NCBI GenBank assembly: GCA_964016885.1
Contig: OZ024742.1
Location: forward strand, 175,336,001 to 175,400,000
DNA: 64,000 nt
Direction: 5' to 3'
DNA from: Eledone cirrhosa
Taxonomy: Eukaryota
The notes beneath the pieces are model-generated. The model was not told the DNA's origin. It saw nothing but the letters and a program-made list of their open reading frames with translations, and made no database searches. The position numbers and the translations under genes are program-made. This document shows positions 1-14,060 of this stretch, piece after piece; position 1 is the stretch's first letter; each line of letters begins with the position of its first letter.

Positions 1-318
1 TTGACTTTAACTTTGACATTTTCGCTCTGGGCGTCCAGATTTTTCTCTCCCTTCCACTCTCCAAGGATTCCGCAGTCCGTCCGTCCATCCATCCATCCAT
101 CATATATCGAAGGCAACCGGGCAAGCGATAGTATAGGCCTCTGGCTTATGATTTGGTCCGCGTAATAATAATAATGGTGATGCGTGGGGGTGGGGGTGGG
201 TGGCTCTGGCTTATAATAATGGTGGTGATGCGGGGGGGGGCTCTGGCTTATGATTGGTCCACGTATTAAGTATGGTGGCGTGTGGGGGCGGGAGGGAGGG
301 GTGTGGGGTAGCTAGCTG

Positions 319-3300
319 GAAGGTTATGAATGTTTAACAAGCGATTTAACAAAAAGCAAAACTGCAAGATTTGTTCTGTTCAATACGACAAAAACACCGT
401 ATTTAAACCTTAAATAGATAACAAAAAAATACAGATTTCGGATTTTGCGAGATTGGATGTTTGTTTGGACTGTGTACGGAATTGAGCGTGGAAATGGAGA
501 GAAGGATTGTACTTTACGGTTTACATGAGTCCATCATAGAAATAATTGAAGCAAAGTGGATAAACATGAAGGAAAACTTATCTTATATATATATGTGTGT
601 GTGTGTGTGTGTAGCTAAGCGAGAGATAGAGGGGAAGAAAGAGAGGGGGGGGGGGGGGAGATAGTGGCTGACCGCAGCCCCCTCGTGGAGAAGCAGGAGG
701 GTGAAGGGGTGGATCGGCTTTTTGACTTTCAAGTAGCATACTATATATATTTAAAGTAATTTATAAGTAGAATGTGGAGGATTTTGTTTTTTTTTGTTTG
801 AGAATACGATAGAATTAAGGAATTGGACGAATACGATAGAATTAAGATAGAAGGTTATGAATGTTTAACAAGCGATTTAACAAAAAGCAAAACTGCAAGA
901 TTTGTTCTGTTCAATACGACAAAAACACCGTATTTAAACCTTAAATAGATAACAAAAAAATACAGATTTCGGATTTTGCGAGATTGGATGTTTGTTTGGA
1001 CTGTGTACGGAATTGAGCGTGGAAATGGAGAGAAGGATTGTACTTTACGGTTTACATGAGTCCATCATAGAAATAATTGAAGCAAAGTGGATAAACATGA
1101 AGGAAAACTTATCTTATATATATATGTGTGTGTGTGTGTGTGTAGCTAAGCGAGAGATAGAGGGGAAGAAAGAGAGGGGGGGGGGGGGAGATAGTGGCTG
1201 ACCGCAGCCCCCTCGTGGAGAAGCAGGAGGGTGAAGGGGTGGATCGGCTTTTTGACTTTCAAGTAGCATACTATATATATTTAAAGTAATTTATAAGTAG
1301 AATGTGGAGGATTTTGTTTTTTTTTGTTTGAGAATACGATAGAATTAAGGAATTGGACGAATACGATAGAATTAAGATAGAAGGTTATGAATGTTTAACA
1401 AGCGATTTAACAAAAAGCAAAACTGCAAGATTTGTTCTGTTCAATACGACAAAAACACCGTATTTAAACCTTAAATAGATAACAAAAAAATACAGATTTC
1501 GGATTTTGCGAGATTGGATGTTTGTTTGGACTGTGTACGGAATTGAGCGTGGAAATGGAGAGAAGGATTGTACTTTACGGTTTACATGAGTCCATCATAG
1601 AAATAATTGAAGCAAAGTGGATAAACATGAAGGAAAACTTATCTTATATATATATGTGTGTGTGTGTGTGTGTAGCTAAGCGAGAGATAGAGGGGAAGAA
1701 AGAGAGGGGGGGGGGGGGGAGATAGTGGCTGACCGCAGCCCCCTCGTGGAGAAGCAGGAGGGTGAAGGGGTGGATCGGCTTTTTGACTTTCAAGTAGCAT
1801 ACTATATATATTTAAAGTAATTTATAAGTAGAATGTGGAGGATTTTGTTTTTTTTTGTTTGAGAATACGATAGAATTAAGGAATTGGACGAATACGATAG
1901 AATTAAGATAGAAGGTTATGAATGTTTAACAAGCGATTTAACAAAAAGCAAAACTGCAAGATTTGTTCTGTTCAATACGACAAAAACACCGTATTTAAAC
2001 CTTAAATAGATAACAAAAAAATACAGATTTCGGATTTTGCGAGATTGGATGTTTGTTTGGACTGTGTACGGAATTGAGCGTGGAAATGGAGAGAAGGATT
2101 GTACTTTACGGTTTACATGAGTCCATCATAGAAATAATTGAAGCAAAGTGGATAAACATGAAGGAAAACTTATCTTATATATATATGTGTGTGTGTGTGT
2201 GTGTAGCTAAGCGAGAGATAGAGGGGAAGAAAGAGAGGGGGGGGGGGGGGAGATAGTGGCTGACCGCAGCCCCCTCGTGGAGAAGCAGGAGGGTGAAGGG
2301 GTGGATCGGCTTTTTGACTTTCAAGTAGCATACTATATATATTTAAAGTAATTTATAAGTAGAATGTGGAGGATTTTGTTTTTTTTTGTTTGAGAATACG
2401 ATAGAATTAAGGAATTGGACGAATACGATAGAATTAAGATAGAAGGTTATGAATGTTTAACAAGCGATTTAACAAAAAGCAAAACTGCAAGATTTGTTCT
2501 GTTCAATACGACAAAAACACCGTATTTAAACCTTAAATAGATAACAAAAAAATACAGATTTCGGATTTTGCGAGATTGGATGTTTGTTTGGACTGTGTAC
2601 GGAATTGAGCGTGGAAATGGAGAGAAGGATTGTACTTTACGGTTTACATGAGTCCATCATAGAAATAATTGAAGCAAAGTGGATAAACATGAAGGAAAAC
2701 TTATCTTATATATATATGTGTGTGTGTGTGTGTGTAGCTAAGCGAGAGATAGAGGGGAAGAAAGAGAGGGGGGGGGGGGGGAGATAGTGGCTGACCGCAG
2801 CCCCCTCGTGGAGAAGCAGGAGGGTGAAGGGGTGGATCGGCTTTTTGACTTTCAAGTAGCATACTATATATATTTAAAGTAATTTATAAGTAGAATGTGG
2901 AGGATTTTGTTTTTTTTTGTTTGAGAATACGATAGAATTAAGGAATTGGACGAATACGATAGAATTAAGATAGAAGGTTATGAATGTTTAACAAGCGATT
3001 TAACAAAAAGCAAAACTGCAAGATTTGTTCTGTTCAATACGACAAAAACACCGTATTTAAACCTTAAATAGATAACAAAAAAATACAGATTTCGGATTTT
3101 GCGAGATTGGATGTTTGTTTGGACTGTGTACGGAATTGAGCGTGGAAATGGAGAGAAGGATTGTACTTTACGGTTTACATGAGTCCATCATAGAAATAAT
3201 TGAAGCAAAGTGGATAAACATGAAGGAAAACTTATCTTATATATATATGTGTGTGTGTGTGTGTGTAGCTAAGCGAGAGATAGAGGGGAAGAAAGAGAGG

Positions 3301-6300
3301 GGGGGGGGGGGAGATAGTGGCTGACCGCAGCCCCCTCGTGGAGAAGCAGGAGGGTGAAGGGGTGGATCGGCTTTTTGACTTTCAAGTAGCATACTATATA
3401 TATTTAAAGTAATTTATAAGTAGAATGTGGAGGATTTTGTTTTTTTTTGTTTGAGAATACGATAGAATTAAGGAATTGGACGAATACGATAGAATTAAGA
3501 TAGAAGGTTATGAATGTTTAACAAGCGATTTAACAAAAAGCAAAACTGCAAGATTTGTTCTGTTCAATACGACAAAAACACCGTATTTAAACCTTAAATA
3601 GATAACAAAAAAATACAGATTTCGGATTTTGCGAGATTGGATGTTTGTTTGGACTGTGTACGGAATTGAGCGTGGAAATGGAGAGAAGGATTGTACTTTA
3701 CGGTTTACATGAGTCCATCATAGAAATAATTGAAGCAAAGTGGATAAACATGAAGGAAAACTTATCTTATATATATATGTGTGTGTGTGTGTGTGTAGCT
3801 AAGCGAGAGATAGAGGGGAAGAAAGAGAGGGGGGGGGGGGGAGATAGTGGCTGACCGCAGCCCCCTCGTGGAGAAGCAGGAGGGTGAAGGGGTGGATCGG
3901 CTTTTTGACTTTCAAGTAGCATACTATATATATTTAAAGTAATTTATAAGTAGAATGTGGAGGATTTTGTTTTTTTTTGTTTGAGAATACGATAGAATTA
4001 AGGAATTGGACGAATACGATAGAATTAAGATAGAAGGTTATGAATGTTTAACAAGCGATTTAACAAAAAGCAAAACTGCAAGATTTGTTCTGTTCAATAC
4101 GACAAAAACACCGTATTTAAACCTTAAATAGATAACAAAAAAATACAGATTTCGGATTTTGCGAGATTGGATGTTTGTTTGGACTGTGTACGGAATTGAG
4201 CGTGGAAATGGAGAGAAGGATTGTACTTTACGGTTTACATGAGTCCATCATAGAAATAATTGAAGCAAAGTGGATAAACATGAAGGAAAACTTATCTTAT
4301 ATATATATGTGTGTGTGTGTGTGTGTAGCTAAGCGAGAGATAGAGGGGAAGAAAGAGAGGGGGGGGGGGGGAGATAGTGGCTGACCGCAGCCCCCTCGTG
4401 GAGAAGCAGGAGGGTGAAGGGGTGGATCGGCTTTTTGACTTTCAAGTAGCATACTATATATATTTAAAGTAATTTATAAGTAGAATGTGGAGGATTTTGT
4501 TTTTTTTTGTTTGAGAATACGATAGAATTAAGGAATTGGACGAATACGATAGAATTAAGATAGAAGGTTATGAATGTTTAACAAGCGATTTAACAAAAAG
4601 CAAAACTGCAAGATTTGTTCTGTTCAATACGACAAAAACACCGTATTTAAACCTTAAATAGATAACAAAAAAATACAGATTTCGGATTTTGCGAGATTGG
4701 ATGTTTGTTTGGACTGTGTACGGAATTGAGCGTGGAAATGGAGAGAAGGATTGTACTTTACGGTTTACATGAGTCCATCATAGAAATAATTGAAGCAAAG
4801 TGGATAAACATGAAGGAAAACTTATCTTATATATATATGTGTGTGTGTGTGTGTGTAGCTAAGCGAGAGATAGAGGGGAAGAAAGAGAGGGGGGGGGGGG
4901 GAGATAGTGGCTGACCGCAGCCCCCTCGTGGAGAAGCAGGAGGGTGAAGGGGTGGATCGGCTTTTTGACTTTCAAGTAGCATACTATATATATTTAAAGT
5001 AATTTATAAGTAGAATGTGGAGGATTTTGTTTTTTTTTGTTTGAGAATACGATAGAATTAAGGAATTGGACGAATACGATAGAATTAAGATAGAAGGTTA
5101 TGAATGTTTAACAAGCGATTTAACAAAAAGCAAAACTGCAAGATTTGTTCTGTTCAATACGACAAAAACACCGTATTTAAACCTTAAATAGATAACAAAA
5201 AAATACAGATTTCGGATTTTGCGAGATTGGATGTTTGTTTGGACTGTGTACGGAATTGAGCGTGGAAATGGAGAGAAGGATTGTACTTTACGGTTTACAT
5301 GAGTCCATCATAGAAATAATTGAAGCAAAGTGGATAAACATGAAGGAAAACTTATCTTATATATATATGTGTGTGTGTGTGTGTGTAGCTAAGCGAGAGA
5401 TAGAGGGGAAGAAAGAGAGGGGGGGGGGGGGAGATAGTGGCTGACCGCAGCCCCCTCGTGGAGAAGCAGGAGGGTGAAGGGGTGGATCGGCTTTTTGACT
5501 TTCAAGTAGCATACTATATATATTTAAAGTAATTTATAAGTAGAATGTGGAGGATTTTGTTTTTTTTTGTTTGAGAATACGATAGAATTAAGGAATTGGA
5601 CGAATACGATAGAATTAAGATAGAAGGTTATGAATGTTTAACAAGCGATTTAACAAAAAGCAAAACTGCAAGATTTGTTCTGTTCAATACGACAAAAACA
5701 CCGTATTTAAACCTTAAATAGATAACAAAAAAATACAGATTTCGGATTTTGCGAGATTGGATGTTTGTTTGGACTGTGTACGGAATTGAGCGTGGAAATG
5801 GAGAGAAGGATTGTACTTTACGGTTTACATGAGTCCATCATAGAAATAATTGAAGCAAAGTGGATAAACATGAAGGAAAACTTATCTTATATATATATGT
5901 GTGTGTGTGTGTGTGTAGCTAAGCGAGAGATAGAGGGGAAGAAAGAGAGGGGGGGGGGGGGAGATAGTGGCTGACCGCAGCCCCCTCGTGGAGAAGCAGG
6001 AGGGTGAAGGGGTGGATCGGCTTTTTGACTTTCAAGTAGCATACTATATATATTTAAAGTAATTTATAAGTAGAATGTGGAGGATTTTGTTTTTTTTTGT
6101 TTGAGAATACGATAGAATTAAGGAATTGGACGAATACGATAGAATTAAGATAGAAGGTTATGAATGTTTAACAAGCGATTTAACAAAAAGCAAAACTGCA
6201 AGATTTGTTCTGTTCAATACGACAAAAACACCGTATTTAAACCTTAAATAGATAACAAAAAAATACAGATTTCGGATTTTGCGAGATTGGATGTTTGTTT

Positions 6301-9300
6301 GGACTGTGTACGGAATTGAGCGTGGAAATGGAGAGAAGGATTGTACTTTACGGTTTACATGAGTCCATCATAGAAATAATTGAAGCAAAGTGGATAAACA
6401 TGAAGGAAAACTTATCTTATATATATATGTGTGTGTGTGTGTGTGTAGCTAAGCGAGAGATAGAGGGGAAGAAAGAGAGGGGGGGGGGGGGAGATAGTGG
6501 CTGACCGCAGCCCCCTCGTGGAGAAGCAGGAGGGTGAAGGGGTGGATCGGCTTTTTGACTTTCAAGTAGCATACTATATATATTTAAAGTAATTTATAAG
6601 TAGAATGTGGAGGATTTTGTTTTTTTTTGTTTGAGAATACGATAGAATTAAGGAATTGGACGAATACGATAGAATTAAGATAGAAGGTTATGAATGTTTA
6701 ACAAGCGATTTAACAAAAAGCAAAACTGCAAGATTTGTTCTGTTCAATACGACAAAAACACCGTATTTAAACCTTAAATAGATAACAAAAAAATACAGAT
6801 TTCGGATTTTGCGAGATTGGATGTTTGTTTGGACTGTGTACGGAATTGAGCGTGGAAATGGAGAGAAGGATTGTACTTTACGGTTTACATGAGTCCATCA
6901 TAGAAATAATTGAAGCAAAGTGGATAAACATGAAGGAAAACTTATCTTATATATATATGTGTGTGTGTGTGTGTGTAGCTAAGCGAGAGATAGAGGGGAA
7001 GAAAGAGAGGGGGGGGGGGGGGGGAGATAGTGGCTGACCGCAGCCCCCTCGTGGAGAAGCAGGAGGGTGAAGGGGTGGATCGGCTTTTTGACTTTCAAGT
7101 AGCATACTATATATATTTAAAGTAATTTATAAGTAGAATGTGGAGGATTTTGTTTTTTTTTGTTTGAGAATACGATAGAATTAAGGAATTGGACGAATAC
7201 GATAGAATTAAGATAGAAGGTTATGAATGTTTAACAAGCGATTTAACAAAAAGCAAAACTGCAAGATTTGTTCTGTTCAATACGACAAAAACACCGTATT
7301 TAAACCTTAAATAGATAACAAAAAAATACAGATTTCGGATTTTGCGAGATTGGATGTTTGTTTGGACTGTGTACGGAATTGAGCGTGGAAATGGAGAGAA
7401 GGATTGTACTTTACGGTTTACATGAGTCCATCATAGAAATAATTGAAGCAAAGTGGATAAACATGAAGGAAAACTTATCTTATATATATATGTGTGTGTG
7501 TGTGTGTGTAGCTAAGCGAGAGATAGAGGGGAAGAAAGAGAGGGGGGGGGGGGGGAGATAGTGGCTGACCGCAGCCCCCTCGTGGAGAAGCAGGAGGGTG
7601 AAGGGGTGGATCGGCTTTTTGACTTTCAAGTAGCATACTATATATATTTAAAGTAATTTATAAGTAGAATGTGGAGGATTTTGTTTTTTTTTGTTTGAGA
7701 ATACGATAGAATTAAGGAATTGGACGAATACGATAGAATTAAGATAGAAGGTTATGAATGTTTAACAAGCGATTTAACAAAAAGCAAAACTGCAAGATTT
7801 GTTCTGTTCAATACGACAAAAACACCGTATTTAAACCTTAAATAGATAACAAAAAAATACAGATTTCGGATTTTGCGAGATTGGATGTTTGTTTGGACTG
7901 TGTACGGAATTGAGCGTGGAAATGGAGAGAAGGATTGTACTTTACGGTTTACATGAGTCCATCATAGAAATAATTGAAGCAAAGTGGATAAACATGAAGG
8001 AAAACTTATCTTATATATATATGTGTGTGTGTGTGTGTGTAGCTAAGCGAGAGATAGAGGGGAAGAAAGAGAGGGGGGGGGGGGGGGAGATAGTGGCTGA
8101 CCGCAGCCCCCTCGTGGAGAAGCAGGAGGGTGAAGGGGTGGATCGGCTTTTTGACTTTCAAGTAGCATACTATATATATTTAAAGTAATTTATAAGTAGA
8201 ATGTGGAGGATTTTGTTTTTTTTTGTTTGAGAATACGATAGAATTAAGGAATTGGACGAATACGATAGAATTAAGATAGAAGGTTATGAATGTTTAACAA
8301 GCGATTTAACAAAAAGCAAAACTGCAAGATTTGTTCTGTTCAATACGACAAAAACACCGTATTTAAACCTTAAATAGATAACAAAAAAATACAGATTTCG
8401 GATTTTGCGAGATTGGATGTTTGTTTGGACTGTGTACGGAATTGAGCGTGGAAATGGAGAGAAGGATTGTACTTTACGGTTTACATGAGTCCATCATAGA
8501 AATAATTGAAGCAAAGTGGATAAACATGAAGGAAAACTTATCTTATATATATATGTGTGTGTGTGTGTGTGTAGCTAAGCGAGAGATAGAGGGGAAGAAA
8601 GAGGGGGGGGGGGGGAGATAGTGGCTGACCGCAGCCCCCTCGTGGAGAAGCAGGAGGGTGAAGGGGTGGATCGGCTTTTTGACTTTCAAGTAGCATACTA
8701 TATATATTTAAAGTAATTTATAAGTAGAATGTGGAGGATTTTGTTTTTTTTTGTTTGAGAATACGATAGAATTAAGGAATTGGACGAATACGATAGAATT
8801 AAGATAGAAGGTTATGAATGTTTAACAAGCGATTTAACAAAAAGCAAAACTGCAAGATTTGTTCTGTTCAATACGACAAAAACACCGTATTTAAACCTTA
8901 AATAGATAACAAAAAAATACAGATTTCGGATTTTGCGAGATTGGATGTTTGTTTGGACTGTGTACGGAATTGAGCGTGGAAATGGAGAGAAGGATTGTAC
9001 TTTACGGTTTACATGAGTCCATCATAGAAATAATTGAAGCAAAGTGGATAAACATGAAGGAAAACTTATCTTATATATATATGTGTGTGTGTGTGTGTGT
9101 AGCTAAGCGAGAGATAGAGGGGAAGAAAGAGAGGGGGGGGGGGAGATAGTGGCTGACCGCAGCCCCCTCGTGGAGAAGCAGGAGGGTGAAGGGGTGGATC
9201 GGCTTTTTGACTTTCAAGTAGCATACTATATATATTTAAAGTAATTTATAAGTAGAATGTGGAGGATTTTGTTTTTTTTTGTTTGAGAATACGATAGAAT

Positions 9301-12115
9301 TAAGGAATTGGACGAATACGATAGAATTAAGATAGAAGGTTATGAATGTTTAACAAGCGATTTAACAAAAAGCAAAACTGCAAGATTTGTTCTGTTCAAT
9401 ACGACAAAAACACCGTATTTAAACCTTAAATAGATAACAAAAAAATACAGATTTCGGATTTTGCGAGATTGGATGTTTGTTTGGACTGTGTACGGAATTG
9501 AGCGTGGAAATGGAGAGAAGGATTGTACTTTACGGTTTACATGAGTCCATCATAGAAATAATTGAAGCAAAGTGGATAAACATGAAGGAAAACTTATCTT
9601 ATATATATATGTGTGTGTGTGTGTGTGTAGCTAAGCGAGAGATAGAGGGGAAGAAAGAGAGGGGGGGGGGGGGAGATAGTGGCTGACCGCAGCCCCCTCG
9701 TGGAGAAGCAGGAGGGTGAAGGGGTGGATCGGCTTTTTGACTTTCAAGTAGCATACTATATATATTTAAAGTAATTTATAAGTAGAATGTGGAGGATTTT
9801 GTTTTTTTTTGTTTGAGAATACGATAGAATTAAGGAATTGGACGAATACGATAGAATTAAGATAGAAGGTTATGAATGTTTAACAAGCGATTTAACAAAA
9901 AGCAAAACTGCAAGATTTGTTCTGTTCAATACGACAAAAACACCGTATTTAAACCTTAAATAGATAACAAAAAAATACAGATTTCGGATTTTGCGAGATT
10001 GGATGTTTGTTTGGACTGTGTACGGAATTGAGCGTGGAAATGGAGAGAAGGATTGTACTTTACGGTTTACATGAGTCCATCATAGAAATAATTGAAGCAA
10101 AGTGGATAAACATGAAGGAAAACTTATCTTATATATATATGTGTGTGTGTGTGTGTGTAGCTAAGCGAGAGATAGAGGGGAAGAAAGAGAGGGGGGGGGG
10201 GAGATAGTGGCTGACCGCAGCCCCCTCGTGGAGAAGCAGGAGGGTGAAGGGGTGGATCGGCTTTTTGACTTTCAAGTAGCATACTATATATATTTAAAGT
10301 AATTTATAAGTAGAATGTGGAGGATTTTGTTTTTTTTTTGTTTGAGAATACGATAGAATTAAGGAATTGGACGAATACGATAGAATTAAGATAGAAGGTT
10401 ATGAATGTTTAACAAGCGATTTAACAAAAAGCAAAACTGCAAGATTTGTTCTGTTCAATACGACAAAAACACCGTATTTAAACCTTAAATAGATAACAAA
10501 AAAATACAGATTTCGGATTTTGCGAGATTGGATGTTTGTTTGGACTGTGTACGGAATTGAGCGTGGAAATGGAGAGAAGGATTGTACTTTACGGTTTACA
10601 TGAGTCCATCATAGAAATAATTGAAGCAAAGTGGATAAACATGAAGGAAAACTTATCTTATATATATATGTGTGTGTGTGTGTGTGTAGCTAAGCGAGAG
10701 ATAGAGGGGAAGAAAGAGAGGGGGGGGGGGAGATAGTGGCTGACCGCAGCCCCCTCGTGGAGAAGCAGGAGGGTGAAGGGGTGGATCGGCTTTTTGACTT
10801 TCAAGTAGCATACTATATATATTTAAAGTAATTTATAAGTAGAATGTGGAGGATTTTGTTTTTTTTTGTTTGAGAATACGATAGAATTAAGGAATTGGAC
10901 GAATACGATAGAATTAAGATAGAAGGTTATGAATGTTTAACAAGCGATTTAACAAAAAGCAAAACTGCAAGATTTGTTCTGTTCAATACGACAAAAACAC
11001 CGTATTTAAACCTTAAATAGATAACAAAAAAATACAGATTTCGGATTTTGCGAGATTGGATGTTTGTTTGGACTGTGTACGGAATTGAGCGTGGAAATGG
11101 AGAGAAGGATTGTACTTTACGGTTTACATGAGTCCATCATAGAAATAATTGAAGCAAAGTGGATAAACATGAAGGAAAACTTATCTTATATATATATGTG
11201 TGTGTGTGTGTGTGTAGCTAAGCGAGAGATAGAGGGGAAGAAAGAGAGGGGGGGGGGGGAGATAGTGGCTGACCGCAGCCCCCTCGTGGAGAAGCAGGAG
11301 GGTGAAGGGGTGGATCGGCTTTTTGACTTTCAAGTAGCATACTATATATATTTAAAGTAATTTATAAGTAGAATGTGGAGGATTTTGTTTTTTTTTGTTT
11401 GAGAATACGATAGAATTAAGGAATTGGACGAATACGATAGAATTAAGATAGAAGGTTATGAATGTTTAACAAGCGATTTAACAAAAAGCAAAACTGCAAG
11501 ATTTGTTCTGTTCAATACGACAAAAACACCGTATTTAAACCTTAAATAGATAACAAAAAAATACAGATTTCGGATTTTGCGAGATTGGATGTTTGTTTGG
11601 ACTGTGTACGGAATTGAGCGTGGAAATGGAGAGAAGGATTGTACTTTACGGTTTACATGAGTCCATCATAGAAATAATTGAAGCAAAGTGGATAAACATG
11701 AAGGAAAACTTATCTTATATATATATGTGTGTGTGTGTGTGTGTAGCTAAGCGAGAGATAGAGGGGAAGAAAGAGAGGGGGGGGGGGGGGAGATAGTGGC
11801 TGACCGCAGCCCCCTCGTGGAGAAGCAGGAGGGTGAAGGGGTGGATCGGCTTTTTGACTTTCAAGTAGCATACTATATATATTTAAAGTAATTTATAAGT
11901 AGAATGTGGAGGATTTTGTTTTTTTTTGTTTGAGAATACGATAGAATTAAGGAATTGGACGAATACGATAGAATTAAGATAGAAGGTTATGAATGTTTAA
12001 CAAGCGATTTAACAAAAAGCAAAACTGCAAGATTTGTTCTGTTCAATACGACAAAAACACCGTATTTAAACCTTAAATAGATAACAAAAAAATACAGATT
12101 TCGGATTTTGCGAGA
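319..12115. repeat. Tandem satellite array, ~530-bp unit, 22 full copies plus a ~134-bp partial copy
   Basis: Unit starts GAAGGTTATGAATG at 319, 850 and so on. The 22 repeated ORF starts are 528-533 bp apart. Copies appear to differ only in G-run/T-run length and one AG loss near 8600. The array ends at GCGAGA 12115. Confidence 0.99.
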
Positions 12116-12625
12116 CCACACAATCTCTTTCGCCATGACCACAAGGCAGATGAAAACCGCCTGCCCTTCCTCCTCAAGGGAAGATGGCGAGACCATCTGC
12201 ACAATGGACTCAGTCGATAACCGGATCAGTGCTACACGCGACAGCAACTGTTCGACATAGCTCCACGAGTCATCAATGCCCATGCTCTGAACGAGTGCGG
12301 GCACGACGGTTTCGTCGCTATGCGCGCATCTCGGACATGCTCGGATGACGGCACTTCCGTGCCTGTAGAGCTTATCTCGAAACGGCAACTCTCCTCGGTA
12401 GCACTGCCAGGCCAGGGATTTTTGGAAGTTATCAATAGGTCCTGGGCTGAAATTTCTCCGGAACAGAGCAAACAGCTGATCTTCTTCGACGCCCAGGATC
12501 TCTCCGAGAACTTCGTCGCTCTTCCCCCTCCCCCACTAGTCCTCTATAGAACGCAGAGGTGGATGTTCCACCGATACTGGTGCCCAGCTGGCAGAGGGTG
12601 GTGAGTGTTTGGAGACGTTCCAGAT
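12116..12625 (-). mobile_element. L1/Tx1-clade LINE ORF2 C-terminal fragment (zf-RVT region), degenerate
   Basis: Minus strand reads FQKSLAWQCYRGELPFRDKLYRHG..CPRCAHSDETVVPALVQS..AKEIVW, a decayed CxxC-H-C knuckle typical of the L1/Tx1 ORF2 end. GC content is much higher than the flanks. Confidence 0.8.
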
Positions 12626-13398
12626 AGATGAATATTTAGCTATATATAAATATATATATGTATGAATATGAATGTATATATGTGTGTGTGTTTCCCTCTA
12701 ATTTGTGTTTATGTCCTTGTAACATAGCTATTCAAGAATAAAATAAGTATCACACTTGACGGAAATAATACACTGGCCAATATGATTGATTATATCCCTT
12801 CAGGGCAGTGCTCCAGCATTGCCACAGTCTAATGAGTGAAACCTTTAAAAGAATTTCACAATGTCTTGCAGTTTAGATTATTGTAATAAGTGATTATAGA
12901 AAGAGTTGTAGTAAATAAATAGACATACAACAAATCTAAAACAGAAATGATGAGGTGAAGATAATAACCTTACTTTCTTCTATCCCCTTCTTATCCCCCA
13001 TCTTTCCTGAAAAGATGCTGACACATCTTTCAGACAATAATGTTTCAGAAAGTACTGAAATTTCTTTTCTTTCTTTTCGAAAATAATTCTTCTGGAAGAT
13101 TTATATGAAAGCTATCAGCCTAACTAAATATTTTCATTGAAGATATTTTTATATCATCATAATAAGAGGAACATCAATGTTTATTCTTGGTAAGATGAGC
13201 TGTGCATACCTTGTCAGTCAAAGAGGAGGAGAACTGTCAAAATATACTTCTCATATGAATTTCAATATAATACTTGAAAATAAATCTAAAATACTGTTTA
13301 AATTTAAAGAAGAAATCCAGACAAATCATTACTTCAATTTTTTATATTCATTATAATTATTATCATTATTATTATTATTATTATTATTTTTAAATTAA

Positions 13399-13573
13399 GG
13401 GCAGTGGTTTGGCAGTATCGGTAAAGTGTCAGACGCCATGCTTTGCAACGCAGAGTTATGGCCCGTTACTTTCTTAGTTCAAATCCCACCGAGGTTAACT
13501 TTGCAAGGTGGATAAAATAAAGCACCAGTAATGTACTAGGGTAATTGCTGGCCTTGTGCTAAAAGTAGAAACA

Positions 13574-13629
<56 letters not shown>

Positions 13630-14060
13630 CGGTGGATTGGCAGAATCGGTAGAGCATTGGACAACATGCTTTGCAGCATAGTGTTATGACCCTTTATGTT
13701 CTGAGTTAGCTTTACCTTTCATCCTCATGGGGTCGATACAATAAAGCACCAGTAATGCACTTGGGTCGATTTAATCGACTTTACCCATCCCCCAAATTGC
13801 TGGCCTTGTTCTCATAGTGGAAATCAATATTATTATTATTATAAGGGTGGTGTATTGACAGCATTGGTAGAGCATCAGACAAAATGCTTTGTGACATTTA
13901 ATGATGACTTTCTCTGTTCTCAGTTCAAATCTTGACATGGCCTAATGCCTTTCATCCTTTCAGGTTTGGTAAAATAAAATAACAGTTAAAGTGCTAGGGT
14001 TTACATAATTGACTTTCATCTCCACTAAAATTCCTGCACTTGTGCTTAATATAAAACCCA
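13399..14060 (+). mobile_element. Three head-to-tail SINE copies (family A) separated by (ATT)n tails
   Basis: Copies at about 13399-13575, 13631-13828 and 13845-14060 share TGGCAG..ATCGGTA, GTTCAAATCC (box B-like), CCTTTCATCC..GATAAAATAAAG.ACCAG and TTGCTGGCCTTGTG, each in full or in part. Confidence 0.85.

Noticed and set aside
461-11796. 22 repeated 66-99 aa ORFs as a multicopy gene
   Set aside because: They start at TTG, run through (TA)(TG)n and poly-G, the stop depends on G-run length, and no domain is recognisable.
319-12115. CRISPR array, rDNA/5S/snRNA cluster or hammerhead-bearing satellite
   Set aside because: There are no variable spacers and no recognisable RNA-gene sequence. 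CTGACCG..GAAG does not fit an HHR core.
11987-12388. 133-aa ORF as a real fusion protein
   Set aside because: It is a chance read-through from the Tx1 remnant into the antisense satellite, and the zinc ligands are already mutated.
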